From Candidatus Dojkabacteria bacterium (lineage in GTDB: Bacteria > Patescibacteriota > Dojkabacteria > J137): a DNA stretch of 64,000 nucleotides. Positions 20,998-31,890 of this stretch are shown piece after piece (position 1 is the first letter of the stretch; every line of letters begins with the position of its first letter). Location of the stretch: assembly GCA_030950485.1 (NCBI GenBank), contig JAUZRK010000006.1, forward strand, positions 19,975-83,974, in the 5' to 3' direction. Position numbers and translations under genes: made by a program. The notes under the pieces are model-generated. The model saw only the letters and a list, made by a program, of their open reading frames with translations. It had not been told where the DNA came from and ran no database searches.

Positions 20998-21027
20998 CTT
21001 AGAATATATAAATTAATACTATTAGAG

Positions 21028-22143
21028 CTACTCATCATCTTTTATAACAGAATACCCTATAGCTTCGGTAATGTGATCGAAGCCATCAGCTTTCATTAAC
21101 CTAACTAAGCCCTTATTAATCTCTTTAATTAAACTAGGACCTTCATATATCATCCCTGTGATTAGTTGAACTAGACTAGCACCCAGCTTTATTTTTGTAT
21201 AGGCATCCTCTGCAGAAAAAATACCTCCAACTCCAATTACAGTAAGTGTACTTCCATATAATTTATAAGTCTGCTTTATTAATTCATTACTTAAAGAAAA
21301 AGTTGGTCGTCCTCCTATACCTCCTTGAATATTTTCAGGAATTTCATCTTTTATTTCATTTGAGTTTCTATCCTTGTTTAGGTTAGCAATAATTACTCCT
21401 TCAAATTTAAACTTAATAATTATTTTTAATAAATCATTAAAATCAGTCAATGGCAGATTTAGTGGCATCTTTACATACCTAGGCTTATCCGTCTTAATCT
21501 CTGAAAGCTTAGAGAGTAATTTATCTAATCTATCAGGCGTTGTATACGGTTCTCCTCCATAAGCATTAGGACAAGATATATTTATAGTATAAAAATCGCC
21601 AAGATCAGCAGAAACAAGTTTTTCCATACATTGATAATAGTCTTCTATTCCTCCCTCTACTGTAGATGATTCTGTAGAATTAGTTTTCGCAATTGAAAAA
21701 CTAATAGGGAAATTGTTATTTTTCTTTAGCTTTTTAACTTTTTCAATAATTTTATCAACTCCAATATTCTTCAACCCATAATAAACAACTAATCCTTCTG
21801 ATTTTTTAAGTCTATACAGCCTAGGCTTTGGATTACCTTCATAAGGATTTAAAGTTACAGAGCCAACTTGCATAAAGCCGAATCCAACATGGTATAAAGT
21901 GTCTATCAAATTAGCATCCTTATCAAAACCTGCTGATAAACCGGCTGGATTTGTATACTTTATACCATCTATTTCCTGTTCAAGCATCTTGTTATCATAT
22001 CTAAAAACTAGCCTTAGGATAGTTCTAGTTAACTTAAACCTCCCTAGGAAAGCACCTACGATAAGCATACGATCATGAACATCCTCAGGATCTTTTCGAA
22101 AAAATATTGGCTTTAATGCTTTTTTATACAGAAACTTTATCAT
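21028..22143 (-). CDS. pyrD: Quinone-dependent (class 2) dihydroorotate dehydrogenase
   Basis: DPEDVHD; NPAGLSAGFDKD; GNPKPRLYRL; NISCPN; GVGGI; GASLVQL. Confidence 0.92.
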   Translation of the reverse strand: MIKFLYKKALKPIFFRKDPEDVHDRMLIVGAFLGRFKLTRTILRLVFRYDNKMLEQEIDGIKYTNPAGLSAGFDKDANLIDTLYHVGFGFMQVGSVTLNPYEGNPKPRLYRLKKSEGLVVYYGLKNIGVDKIIEKVKKLKKNNNFPISFSIAKTNSTESSTVEGGIEDYYQCMEKLVSADLGDFYTINISCPNAYGGEPYTTPDRLDKLLSKLSEIKTDKPRYVKMPLNLPLTDFNDLLKIIIKFKFEGVIIANLNKDRNSNEIKDEIPENIQGGIGGRPTFSLSNELIKQTYKLYGSTLTVIGVGGIFSAEDAYTKIKLGASLVQLITGMIYEGPSLIKEINKGLVRLMKADGFDHITEAIGYSVIKDDE

Positions 22144-22147
22144 TAGT

Positions 22148-22945
22148 TTATTGTAAAATCTTATCTATCATATTCTTAACGTTATCTACATTTTTCTTAG
22201 AACCTATAATAGAAGCATTATAATTCATATCAATAAATTTTAAATTATATATTTCTGCGCCTGCTTCTTGTGAGATTAATCTACCTGCATAAACATCTAC
22301 TAGCTTATCATTTGGCTTAAATAAATCTATATAAATTGAAAACATACCTTGAGATAACCAGGCTAAAGATAATGCACCGGAACCTACATTCCTAACTCTA
22401 TAGAATGATCTATTTAAAATTGAATTTAGTTTATCTAAAATTTGTCCATTAACTAAGTACATTTCAGGTGTTATAGGAATATCTATAACAGCCTGAGAAT
22501 CCGTTAATTCTTTATCATTTTTTATCGTTAATTTTTTACCATTTAGGTAAGCACCTTGAGATTTTATTCCTATATACATTTGGTCTGAAACTGGATTGAA
22601 AATAAAGCCAATAAGCGGCTCATTATTCCTAACTAAAGCAATAGTAATACACCATAATGGAATATCTCTAGCATAATTCTTTGTACCATCTATCGGATCA
22701 ATGGCCCAAAAATATTCCTCCTTATTATTTAAAGCAGGAATCTCTTCACCTATAAATCCCTGATCAGGGAAATTTTTCTTTACAAAATCTGAGAATCTAC
22801 TCTCTATCTCTACATCTATTTTAGTAGTAAAGTCACGATTAGATTTTTTATTATTAATGAAAGTATTACCAAAGTTTTTAAGAGCAAACGTTCCTAGTTC
22901 TCTTAGTTCTTTTTCTACAAGGTCCTTAGTTAAGAGTAAATCCAT
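22148..22945 (-). CDS. Inositol monophosphatase family protein
   Basis: GEE; WAIDPIDGTKNY; GSGAL; EAG. Confidence 0.9.
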   Translation of the reverse strand: MDLLLTKDLVEKELRELGTFALKNFGNTFINNKKSNRDFTTKIDVEIESRFSDFVKKNFPDQGFIGEEIPALNNKEEYFWAIDPIDGTKNYARDIPLWCITIALVRNNEPLIGFIFNPVSDQMYIGIKSQGAYLNGKKLTIKNDKELTDSQAVIDIPITPEMYLVNGQILDKLNSILNRSFYRVRNVGSGALSLAWLSQGMFSIYIDLFKPNDKLVDVYAGRLISQEAGAEIYNLKFIDMNYNASIIGSKKNVDNVKNMIDKILQ

Positions 22946-22972
22946 GAAAACCTATATGAACATATAATATAT

Positions 22973-23758
22973 TTATACACCTAGATCTCTTTTTAAAAAC
23001 AAAAAATATGAAACTAGAAATAAGGTAATGTTTAAAAGCAGTAAAAGACATATATAGTAGAGATTAACCCCAAGTAGTAGAGTTTCGCTTACATTATAAT
23101 AATAGAAAGTTGATATATGTTTTAAAAATTCTAAGTTCTGGCTTAGTTGAGAAAAGACGTGAGTTAGATAACTAACAGTTACAAACAAAGCACCGTATCC
23201 TATACCTGATGACTTTTTCTTTTTTATGTTTTGCATCATCAATGCAAAATTTGCAAATGAGAGACCAAGTACTAATGCAGAAAAAGTAGCCCAGAAAACA
23301 TTAGTTTTATCTATATCAAAACTATAAACCAGCTTTCCTAATAGCAGACTAGTATATAGTACAAAAGATATAATACTTAAATTAGTAATAATAGAAAGCT
23401 CCTTTTCAATTATAAATTTAGTCCTCGAAACTGGCCTAGATAATATTAAATCTAGTGTTCTATTTTCTTCTTCGCTACCTATTGCAGAAGCGCCTAGATT
23501 CACACCAATAATTGGTAGGAATAAGCTATATAACTCTATATTAATCCATCCATTTGGAGTTGTAGCCGAACTTAAATCTCCTATAAAACTTTCAAACGAT
23601 TTGGGAATGCTTTCAGCATACGATGTAATTTCACCTGCTGATGATTCATACAAGGCTGCAAACATAATAGCTATTATTGCAAATCCTAGTGACCATGCAA
23701 TAATGCTAAATTTTCTATTCCAAAGGTTTTTAAAATAAATACTTCTAGCTATATTCAT
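22973..23758 (-). CDS. ABC-2 type transporter permease
   Basis: EEENRTLDLILSRPVSR; C-terminal KRDL; about 6 TM. Confidence 0.85.
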   Translation of the reverse strand: MNIARSIYFKNLWNRKFSIIAWSLGFAIIAIMFAALYESSAGEITSYAESIPKSFESFIGDLSSATTPNGWINIELYSLFLPIIGVNLGASAIGSEEENRTLDLILSRPVSRTKFIIEKELSIITNLSIISFVLYTSLLLGKLVYSFDIDKTNVFWATFSALVLGLSFANFALMMQNIKKKKSSGIGYGALFVTVSYLTHVFSQLSQNLEFLKHISTFYYYNVSETLLLGVNLYYICLLLLLNITLFLVSYFLFLKRDLGV

Positions 23759-24657
23759 TTCTTAGTTTCATAATAATGAATAAATAGGTCCTCAATGTGT
23801 GTTTCTGTAGATACCAAATCTACTGGGTTGTGTTTTGCAATTACTTGGATGAATTTATCAACATTTCCTTTTACAGTAAAATAAATACTTTTACTATCAA
23901 CCTTCATTTTTACTATATTTTCTAATTTATCAAACTCTGATTTTAGTACTCTTTCTTCAAATGTCACCTTGTAAGTTCTTAAAGAAATGTCTTTATTATC
24001 CTTTATATCTTCTATTGCTACTAACTCACCATCTCTTATAAATGTAGCTCTATCACAAATCTTTTGCACTTCAGTAAGGTCATGAGAAGATAAGAATATA
24101 GTTTTCCCTTCTTTTTTCAATTCTAAAATGATTTCATAAAAGGTCTGTTTCATTAATGGATCTAAAACCACTTGTAGGTTCATCTAAAATCAATAAATCA
24201 GGTTTATTCATAAGAGCAGTTATTATTCCAATTTTCTGTCTATTTCCTTTTGATAAACTTTTTATTGGTTTACTTAAATCAGCTTTTAATTTAGTCACTA
24301 AGGAATCTAAATACCTTAACTTTATTCCTCCTGATAAGTAGGAAATGTGTTTTAATAGATCATATCCATTCATATTCATATATAAAAATGAATCTCCAGC
24401 AAGATATCCTATTTTTTTCTTTACTTCTTCTGAGTGATGAAAACTATCAAGACCAAATATTTCCACTTTCCCTGATGTTGGTCTAATAAAGTCTAATATA
24501 GTCCTTATAGTTGTACTTTTCCCAGCTCCATTAGGCCCTAGAAATCCAAATATCTCTCCTTTATTAACTTCTATAGATATATTGATTCTCCGTAGTATTT
24601 TGTAAGTTTAGTTATTTTAAGGGGTATGTGTTTTCGCTTTATATCTGTAATTAACAT
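23755..24657 (-). pseudogene. ABC transporter ATP-binding protein split by frameshifts
   Basis: GFLGPNGAGKSTT, LSKGNRQK, LILDEPT and FLSSH lie across different frames; likely assembly errors. Confidence 0.85.
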
Positions 24658-24728
24658 AGAGATATTCTATATGAATTTTGGTGAGAGTAGAAGTGGGTAT
24701 TAAAAACTTTTTAAATAAGCATATTTAG

Positions 24729-26861
24729 TTATTGCCTAGGTAATTTTACAGTAAACTTACTTCCTTTATCCTTACCTTCACTCTCGATTATAAGTTCACC
24801 TCCCATCATTTCCACAAGTCCTTTAACAACGTAAAGTCCTATTCCAGTACCGTCTGGTCTTGGGATTCTTAATACATCCTCAGATTTATCTTCAGTTTCT
24901 ATATAGTTCTCAATTCTATAAAATTTTCTTCCAAGTTTAGGAATTTCATCCTGTGGTATACCAATCCCTGTATCTGATATTACAAACACAAATGAATCTT
25001 TTAATACTTCAAGCTTTAAATTAACACTCCCAGCATCTGTATATTTAACTGCATTACCTACGAGATTGTCTATTATTTGTTGAAGTGCCTCTTTATCTCC
25101 TTTAGTTATTATTGATTCTTCATTTGGTTTTTCAAGTGTAAGTTCTAATCCTTTTTTATCTGCTTTAGATTTAAAAGTATTATAAGATTCGTCTACTATA
25201 TCTAGTATATTAAATTCACTTATAGTTAGTTTCATCTGTGCAGTGTCTAACTTTGTTGCGTTTAACATTCTAGTTATTATATTAGAAAGTCTTTTTATAT
25301 TTTCAATTGCTCTTTTAGTATAGCCTTGAGACTTTTCAAGGAAGTCTTCTTTTGCTATACCTGGTTTATTTGCTGCAAGATCTATCATTTGTATTGCTGT
25401 GCTTGCGTTCCCTGCGGGAGTTCTTAGTTCGTGTGAGAAGATGTCTATCATGTCTTTTTCCTTTCTAAGTGTTTCTTGAAGTTCTTGATTTGCTTGCTTT
25501 AGATCTGAGGTAGCTCCATCAACTCTGTTCTGAAGTTCTTCATTGAATCTCACAGTTTTTTCATAAACTTCAACACGAGCAAAGATATCTCTTAGTTTAC
25601 TAATGATTTCTTCAAGCATATCTAATTCAGTTTTAGAATAAAGTTCACGCGTATTATCAGATCTCGCAGTTAAGTATAAGTTCATATTTATTCTTGCAAC
25701 TATATCGATATTCTTATCTTCAAAGAAAGAGTTCTTTTCTAGATCTTCTTGTAAAATATACATATCTTCAACTTGGTTTAATAAATCCGCCGAAATAACT
25801 ATTTTTTGTGAGTCCTCAGGTAACACAGTGATCTTCTGTCCATAAATAACAACAAAATTGAATAGTGCTCTAGGATAGGCTCTCTCTAAAATCGAAATTA
25901 CAGCATTAACTACTATCTTTTTATCAAGAGTATTCGAAGTATTAGTATCTAATGTCCTAGTTAAATCTTCAAGCAAAACAACTTCAGCTTTAATCATCTT
26001 ACCTAATTCCCTTTCAACTACTGTAAACACTTCTTGAATAAATTCTGCAACAAGAATTGCTGTAAACAAATCAAGAATTAAAGCCTCTGGATCAAAAGCA
26101 CCTAAACCAAATAGGTCTTCTTTAAACAACCTTTGTGTTACTACTATTATAAATAAGATGAGTCCAACAAATAAAGTTTTTATAATTTTAAGAATTAAAG
26201 TTCTAATTGAAAATAGCCTATGCTTGATTATAGAAACTGTAACTGCAGTAGTAAAAGAAATAGAAAAAACTACTCCCAAATTATTAAAATTATAAATTCC
26301 GAGCAGAGGCAATAGTAAATTTGATATAAATGCAGGAGTCACAAAAAGTATAATTCCTACGACCATATACCGTAGTTGAAGTTTTTTTACTGGTGATGCC
26401 GTCTTAAGTCCGATAATCAAATTCCTTAAAAGAATTACTAATGAGAGTATAATAAATACTGTAAATAGTTTTATTAGAGATCCAAGCTCCACATCTATAC
26501 CTCCATTCGATGCTTTTCTAACATTCACTATGATTAGAGTAGAGATCCATACAAGAATTAAGAGGATTAAAGACATGCAAGTTAGTATGCCTATTAAAAG
26601 CTTACTTTTCTTATTTATATAATCAAATGTAAATATAGTCATAAAATATAAAGCAATAAGTGCTGAACTAAAAAGTATTCTCTCCCAAAACATATTGGTG
26701 TATTCATTTAAAGAAATGGTAGCAACACCCCACATACCTATAAAAAAAGTTGCTACCGAAAAACTACGGCCGTAGTAAGTAAGGCCTTTACTTCTTGAAG
26801 CAACCGAAAATGCTAAAATAAGATTTGCGATGCTGGTTAGGGCTAATAGGGCTAATTCCAC
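24729..26861 (-). CDS. Sensor histidine kinase with multi-TM (HisKA_7TM-like) input domain
   Basis: Hydrophobic N-terminal ~280 aa; SHELRTP H-box; NAVKY; DTGIGI; GTGIGL. Confidence 0.92.
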   Translation of the reverse strand: MELALLALTSIANLILAFSVASRSKGLTYYGRSFSVATFFIGMWGVATISLNEYTNMFWERILFSSALIALYFMTIFTFDYINKKSKLLIGILTCMSLILLILVWISTLIIVNVRKASNGGIDVELGSLIKLFTVFIILSLVILLRNLIIGLKTASPVKKLQLRYMVVGIILFVTPAFISNLLLPLLGIYNFNNLGVVFSISFTTAVTVSIIKHRLFSIRTLILKIIKTLFVGLILFIIVVTQRLFKEDLFGLGAFDPEALILDLFTAILVAEFIQEVFTVVERELGKMIKAEVVLLEDLTRTLDTNTSNTLDKKIVVNAVISILERAYPRALFNFVVIYGQKITVLPEDSQKIVISADLLNQVEDMYILQEDLEKNSFFEDKNIDIVARINMNLYLTARSDNTRELYSKTELDMLEEIISKLRDIFARVEVYEKTVRFNEELQNRVDGATSDLKQANQELQETLRKEKDMIDIFSHELRTPAGNASTAIQMIDLAANKPGIAKEDFLEKSQGYTKRAIENIKRLSNIITRMLNATKLDTAQMKLTISEFNILDIVDESYNTFKSKADKKGLELTLEKPNEESIITKGDKEALQQIIDNLVGNAVKYTDAGSVNLKLEVLKDSFVFVISDTGIGIPQDEIPKLGRKFYRIENYIETEDKSEDVLRIPRPDGTGIGLYVVKGLVEMMGGELIIESEGKDKGSKFTVKLPRQ

Positions 26862-26863
26862 TC

Positions 26864-27547
26864 TTACTTCTTAATTACAAATAAATTAGCTTGCTCTGAA
26901 TAAGATTTCTCAATATTTAAAATTTGCAGTTTTTTTTCTTTTATTAGACTAATATATTGATCTCGATTCAACCTTGAATAAGCAAGATCTATTTTCTTAT
27001 TAATAATATAAATATATAACAAACTAGGTACTAGCATAAGTGTTTTAAATGCCGATTTAAGAGACACTAATTGTTTCAGTAATATTCTCAAATAACTATA
27101 TTCTTCTTTAGGTATTGGATCAGAAAGTATTATTATTCCATTATTACTAAGTTTGTTGCTTAATAATTCCAGTAATAGATATTTGTCATCAATAGTATAT
27201 AGAACGTTGTTAATAACTATGAGATCATATTTTACCTCAGGTTGAAATTTAGTAATATTATTAATATCAAAACTTTTAAAAATAACTTTATCGCTTCTAA
27301 TTTTTGAGATTGCAACATTTAACATTTCACTACTAGAGTCAAGTGCATAAATTTCTGCCTCTTCAAAATCTCTAACTAGACCTTCAGTGATATTACCAGC
27401 TCCACAACCTAAATCTAGAATGTTCGTAACTTTTTCAGGAAGATATTTATTAGCATTTGATAAAATTTGCTTTTTTAGATCCTGGTAAGCAATAAGATGA
27501 TTTAAGTTATCATAATGTTTTGCATATTTATTCCAATCCACTCTCAT
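26864..27547 (-). CDS. Class I SAM-dependent methyltransferase
   Basis: ILDLGCGAG; ALDSS.EML; YDLIV. Confidence 0.9.
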   Translation of the reverse strand: MRVDWNKYAKHYDNLNHLIAYQDLKKQILSNANKYLPEKVTNILDLGCGAGNITEGLVRDFEEAEIYALDSSSEMLNVAISKIRSDKVIFKSFDINNITKFQPEVKYDLIVINNVLYTIDDKYLLLELLSNKLSNNGIIILSDPIPKEEYSYLRILLKQLVSLKSAFKTLMLVPSLLYIYIINKKIDLAYSRLNRDQYISLIKEKKLQILNIEKSYSEQANLFVIKK

Positions 27548-27548
27548 T

Positions 27549-29090
27549 TTAATGATATTTATGTTTTAATGCTTTTTCATTGCTAAAAGAAACAAAATCT
27601 ATACTACATATATTTTCTCTATTATAAGGCTCGTGATATGCTGACTTATATCCTTTATCATTAGCTAATAAGAATTTAATAATAGTTTCTCTTATTAGAA
27701 CCTTTAGTTCATCACTTGAATTTATATGTTCATGCAATTCAACTTCAATATGATAGTTTTGAAACATATCTTCTTCATCGACTTTCTTAACTCTAAATTT
27801 ACCTGTATGTAGATGTGCAATTCCTTCTTGGTGTAGCGCTTCTTTAAATGAATTTATATAAATATTAGCCCCATTTAATATAATAGTATCGTCTGATCTG
27901 CCATATATTGCAAATAGAGGTAGGTGAAATAGATCCCCATCTATATCTTTTAACATTGACTTGAAATCTAAGCCATGATCCTGAGTAATTTTTATAAGTT
28001 TATCATATGGAACTATTTCTGCATCATCATGTAGATTATATCTAATTAGAGGTATTTGTTTGTCCTTAGTTATAATTAGTTCATTATTTACTGTCTCTAG
28101 ATAGTTTTCTACTGGATTATATTGAAAAAAGTGAAGTGGCATATCATCTCTACCAGTTATATCTTTTCTTAACTCTTTGTTTTCATAAACTAGGTCCTTT
28201 AATAATAGTGCTGGTTTTTGTTCAGAAGCAATACCTACACCTGTATCAGCAGTTCCATAAGCTGATATAATTCTATACTCTTCTTTTCCCGAACGACATA
28301 ACTTCTTTGAATAATATTTACTCCATTTATATGTCACACCCTCAGCACCTATAATTGCATATAGATTCAATTCCTTTAAATCAATTCCATAATTACTGCT
28401 TTTATCTACAAACTCTTTAAAAGTCAGAGGATATGCAAACATTACTATTTGATCATATTGATCTCCAAATCTCTTAATCATATCTAATGGTTCATCAACT
28501 GTCATTCCGCAAGCAAAGAAAGTTACATTGCTATACTTTGAGGCTACATGTGACAAACCAGCTAAAACTTGTTGCCCTGTAATCCAACTAGACATTGCAA
28601 AAGTTGATATAAAAAGTGTTTTCTTTTTTTCAATATTAAAGGTGTATCTTAAATTAAAATCCATATACTCTATGAATGATTTATGATCGCTTTTATTTTG
28701 TGTCCAGTATGTTGGTTCCCCTGAGTAACCTGAGCTTCTGTAGAACAAGTGTGGATTTATATCTTTACTCAACTCCTGAAAAGAGTATGCCTGGATATAG
28801 TTCTTCTTATTTGTTATAGGGATAGATTGAAAGTCCTTATAATTTATTTTAGGGTTAAATTTTTTATTTTTTAGAAAAGATTTATATGCAGGTAATTCCA
28901 GAGCTTTTTGGAATAAAGTCTTTGCTGTTTTTCTTGATTTTTTTTCGAGAAAAGTAGAGGGAACTTTACTAAGTGCAAACTTTGCTAGTTTTGTGTTCTT
29001 TAGAAGTATTCCTTGTCCCTTCATCTTTTTTAATATGTCAAATAATACTGGCTGTAATGCAATTTTATCATTTTTATTGAAAAAGAACAA
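27549..29090 (-). CDS. PaaK / F390-synthetase-like adenylate-forming acyl-CoA ligase
   Basis: SSGYSGEP; AYGTAD; PLIRYNLHD; GRSD. Confidence 0.85.
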   Translation of the reverse strand: MFFFNKNDKIALQPVLFDILKKMKGQGILLKNTKLAKFALSKVPSTFLEKKSRKTAKTLFQKALELPAYKSFLKNKKFNPKINYKDFQSIPITNKKNYIQAYSFQELSKDINPHLFYRSSGYSGEPTYWTQNKSDHKSFIEYMDFNLRYTFNIEKKKTLFISTFAMSSWITGQQVLAGLSHVASKYSNVTFFACGMTVDEPLDMIKRFGDQYDQIVMFAYPLTFKEFVDKSSNYGIDLKELNLYAIIGAEGVTYKWSKYYSKKLCRSGKEEYRIISAYGTADTGVGIASEQKPALLLKDLVYENKELRKDITGRDDMPLHFFQYNPVENYLETVNNELIITKDKQIPLIRYNLHDDAEIVPYDKLIKITQDHGLDFKSMLKDIDGDLFHLPLFAIYGRSDDTIILNGANIYINSFKEALHQEGIAHLHTGKFRVKKVDEEDMFQNYHIEVELHEHINSSDELKVLIRETIIKFLLANDKGYKSAYHEPYNRENICSIDFVSFSNEKALKHKYH

Positions 29091-29128
29091 TGGTAGTGAT
29101 TACTTCTAAATTATATCTTTAAAAAATC

Positions 29129-29827
29129 TTAGCCCTTTATTCCTTCAACGGCTATTCTATTAAACTCCTCAGCACTCGTTCTATTCGGTGCATGCTTAGA
29201 TCCGGAAACCTCAAATCTATTTCTAGATTCCACTTTATCATACGAATCTAGCTCTGAAACTGGATCATTTCCACCGACAATTACACACGTCTGATCAGTT
29301 ATATCCTCGTCTCTTATATAGAATTTTTCTTCAAAGATTTCAAAAATGCTATCAATAATAGCTTTAGTTTTTGTTAATTTAATATTATCAAATGTAATTT
29401 TATTATTTAGCGATTTTGTATCATTACTGATCATTAACTTAGACCAAAACCTTCTAAAGACAATCGAATTCTTTAATACAAAAATTATTATAGGTAATAG
29501 CCTTATGGCATTTAAGAATCTGAGTAAAAAAATAAGACCTTTTCTCCAAATTCCAGATTTAGTTTTAGGCGGACCAACTAAGATAACTTTATTATTTATC
29601 TTTTTAACAATTTTCGAAGCTATTATCGAGCCGAGACTATGTCCAATAATAATATCAACATCTACGTTTATCTCATATAGAAATTTAGTCACCGTTGTCA
29701 CATAGTTTTCAATTGTATATTTATCTAGTTCTCCAGATAGACCATGTCCTGGTAAATCAATCAGTATCAAATTAAAATCATTCTTAAAAGCATCAATATT
29801 ATTAAGGTAATTATTAGAAGCATCCAT
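29129..29827 (-). CDS. Alpha/beta hydrolase (5' end probably extends to about 29897 across a frameshift)
   Basis: DLPGHG; GHSLG nucleophile elbow; GNDP; His in KHAP. Confidence 0.88.
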   Translation of the reverse strand: MDASNNYLNNIDAFKNDFNLILIDLPGHGLSGELDKYTIENYVTTVTKFLYEINVDVDIIIGHSLGSIIASKIVKKINNKVILVGPPKTKSGIWRKGLIFLLRFLNAIRLLPIIIFVLKNSIVFRRFWSKLMISNDTKSLNNKITFDNIKLTKTKAIIDSIFEIFEEKFYIRDEDITDQTCVIVGGNDPVSELDSYDKVESRNRFEVSGSKHAPNRTSAEEFNRIAVEGIKG

Positions 29828-29924
29828 CCATAAATTATTAAAATAGTTTTTTTAGATTCTGAATATTTATTCGTATAGTAGTTAATTTTTATACCATTTA
29901 TGTAGACATTCTTTGATTCCAAAT

Positions 29925-30737
29925 TCATAAGAATTTCTGTAAGATCCGTATAATAAAGCTAGTCGGCTTGTGCTCTAGAAGTCTAAATCTATCGAAATTT
30001 GGAATTGGCTCATTTGAGTATTCCATAGATATTTTTATTCCATTATATTTGAAATAAACTCGCCTAGTATCTATATTTCTAACCTTAGGTAAGTTACCGC
30101 TAGAAAATTCATTCCAAATTTTACTCAAATAGCTATTACTATTTACTAATACCATTAATTCTTTAAAGTATGGATCATCAAACATGAAATTCACTTCTTG
30201 ATAAGTTCTAGCAAACGCATGATAAAGTACTTCCTCTTCTTTATCCTTATCTACAAACTCATTAAATTTATGAGTTGGGTCTGTAATCATATATGGAAAT
30301 AATTTCCCTTGCCATGATTCAGATTGTTCATTGGTAATGTTAGCTATAGACTTAAAGCCTTATGATATATCAATAAATCTTGATCTATCATCTAAAATAT
30401 ATGCTAATATATTCTTCTTAGACATATAGTCTTTCATATATTCAACTACTTTTGATATTTCTTCAGTAGATGCCGGTTTAATAGTATCTCCAAATAAATA
30501 ATCTTTTTCTAATTTGTTTAGGTTTAATTCCTGCGTTATTTTTAATAATGATTCCTTGGATGGATTTGTAATCCCCTTTTCGATTCTACTAATGCTCCCG
30601 TGTGAAGCTTCAATGTTAACTTCAAGATCTAGCTGGGAAATACCAGCCCTTTTGCTAAAATATTTTATTCTTTGGCCAACAATGTCAGGATTCATCAACA
30701 GTAAAATTAACTCACCAATTTTACCATGTATCTGCAT
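29925..30737 (-). pseudogene. XRE-HTH regulator with MmyB-like PAS ligand-binding domain, frameshift-split
   Basis: ISQLDL..ISRIEKG.TNP HTH in 30360-30737; AYILDDR; C-terminal F..IW part in 29925-30290. Confidence 0.7.
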
Positions 30738-30889
30738 AATTGCGTACTACTAGCAATGCTTTCAAAGCACTCTGTCAACTAAAACATGTAAAATTAATGA
30801 ATTATTAGGATTAGCTCAATTTAATTAACCTCTATAGATTTTGACTGAAACTTAATTGAAAGATATAATCCGCTAATTAAAAAATTTAT

Positions 30890-31534
30890 ATGGCCGATAA
30901 AGACAATAGAGATATGCTTGATGATATATATAAAGATGTAGAACAATCTCCAGCGGACCTGCTTTCAGCTAAAGCTAATGAATATATGGATAGACTAGCA
31001 ATAGAAGGAATAGAAGATATAGATGAGCAAAAATTCTACGTAGCTTATGGAATAATTAATCAAGATAAAGGAATTAGGGCTTTTAATCTGCTTTTCCCAG
31101 AAGACAAAATATTCACTACAGCCCCTAATCACGACATTAAAACTCTACCTAACAAGCTAGCTGAGAAAGGAATAATACTAGACGATCTTACTCAATTAAC
31201 AGATGATGCAATGGAAAATATACAGTACTTTGCAAGTATGTGTCAAGGATCTACTTCTGAAGAGTATATAAATCAATAAGATGCTTTTATTGCGCAATAT
31301 GTTCCTGCCGAAGAAATAACTAGTCTTATCGATAAGTTGGAAGTAGTTCTAAGTGTTCCAGATCAACTTCTCTTGGATGATGATGTTGTTGCTAAGTATA
31401 GAACGAGACTAAATGACCTTAAGTCAAAGAAGGAAAATGAGCTTAATAATGCTTTAATTAGAAGTATTGGAGCTAGTCCTATTGAGTATGCAATAAAAAT
31501 GTACAAAGAAGACAAAAGCAAAGATAGCCAGTAG
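30890..31534 (+). pseudogene. Hypothetical acidic protein interrupted by an in-frame TAA at 31277-31279
   Basis: ORFs 30890-31279 and 31337-31534 are in the same frame with sense codons between them. Confidence 0.55.
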
Positions 31535-31771
31535 TTCTTTCACTTTGGTTACAGTAAAATTAATGATATTTTATTTTAATTGTCAGTGTAGATTAATCTT
31601 GTTATAATTTCCAAGCGAATTAAAAGCGTTCTATAAAAATTTATAGCCCTATAGTATTCAATAGATTCAAAACGAGTGAAGCGAGTTTATGAAGATATTA
31701 ATACCGTAAACCATAGTTTTGTAGGACAAGACTTAGTTTCATATAAAAACTAAAGAAATTTAAAAACTCAT

Positions 31772-31843
31772 GGCCCTATAGTATAACGGTTAGTACGCCG
31801 GGTTTTCATCCCGGTAATCCGAGTTCGATTCTCGGTAGGGTCA
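31772..31843 (+). tRNA. tRNA-Glu (anticodon TTC), CCA not encoded
   Basis: Acceptor GGCCCTA/TAGGGTC; anticodon arm CCGGG-TTTTCAT-CCCGG; T arm CCGAG-TTCGATT-CTCGG. Confidence 0.95.
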
Positions 31844-31890
31844 TTTACACTTCAAGGACTTCCCTCCAACTTTTCGCTATAATTCAGTAT

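Noticed and set aside
30890-31534. Stop-codon reassignment or readthrough (in-frame TAA here, in-frame TAG near 63908)
   Set aside because: TAA, TAG and TGA all end normal genes in the window and long ORFs are intact under code 11, so isolated substitutions or errors are more likely.
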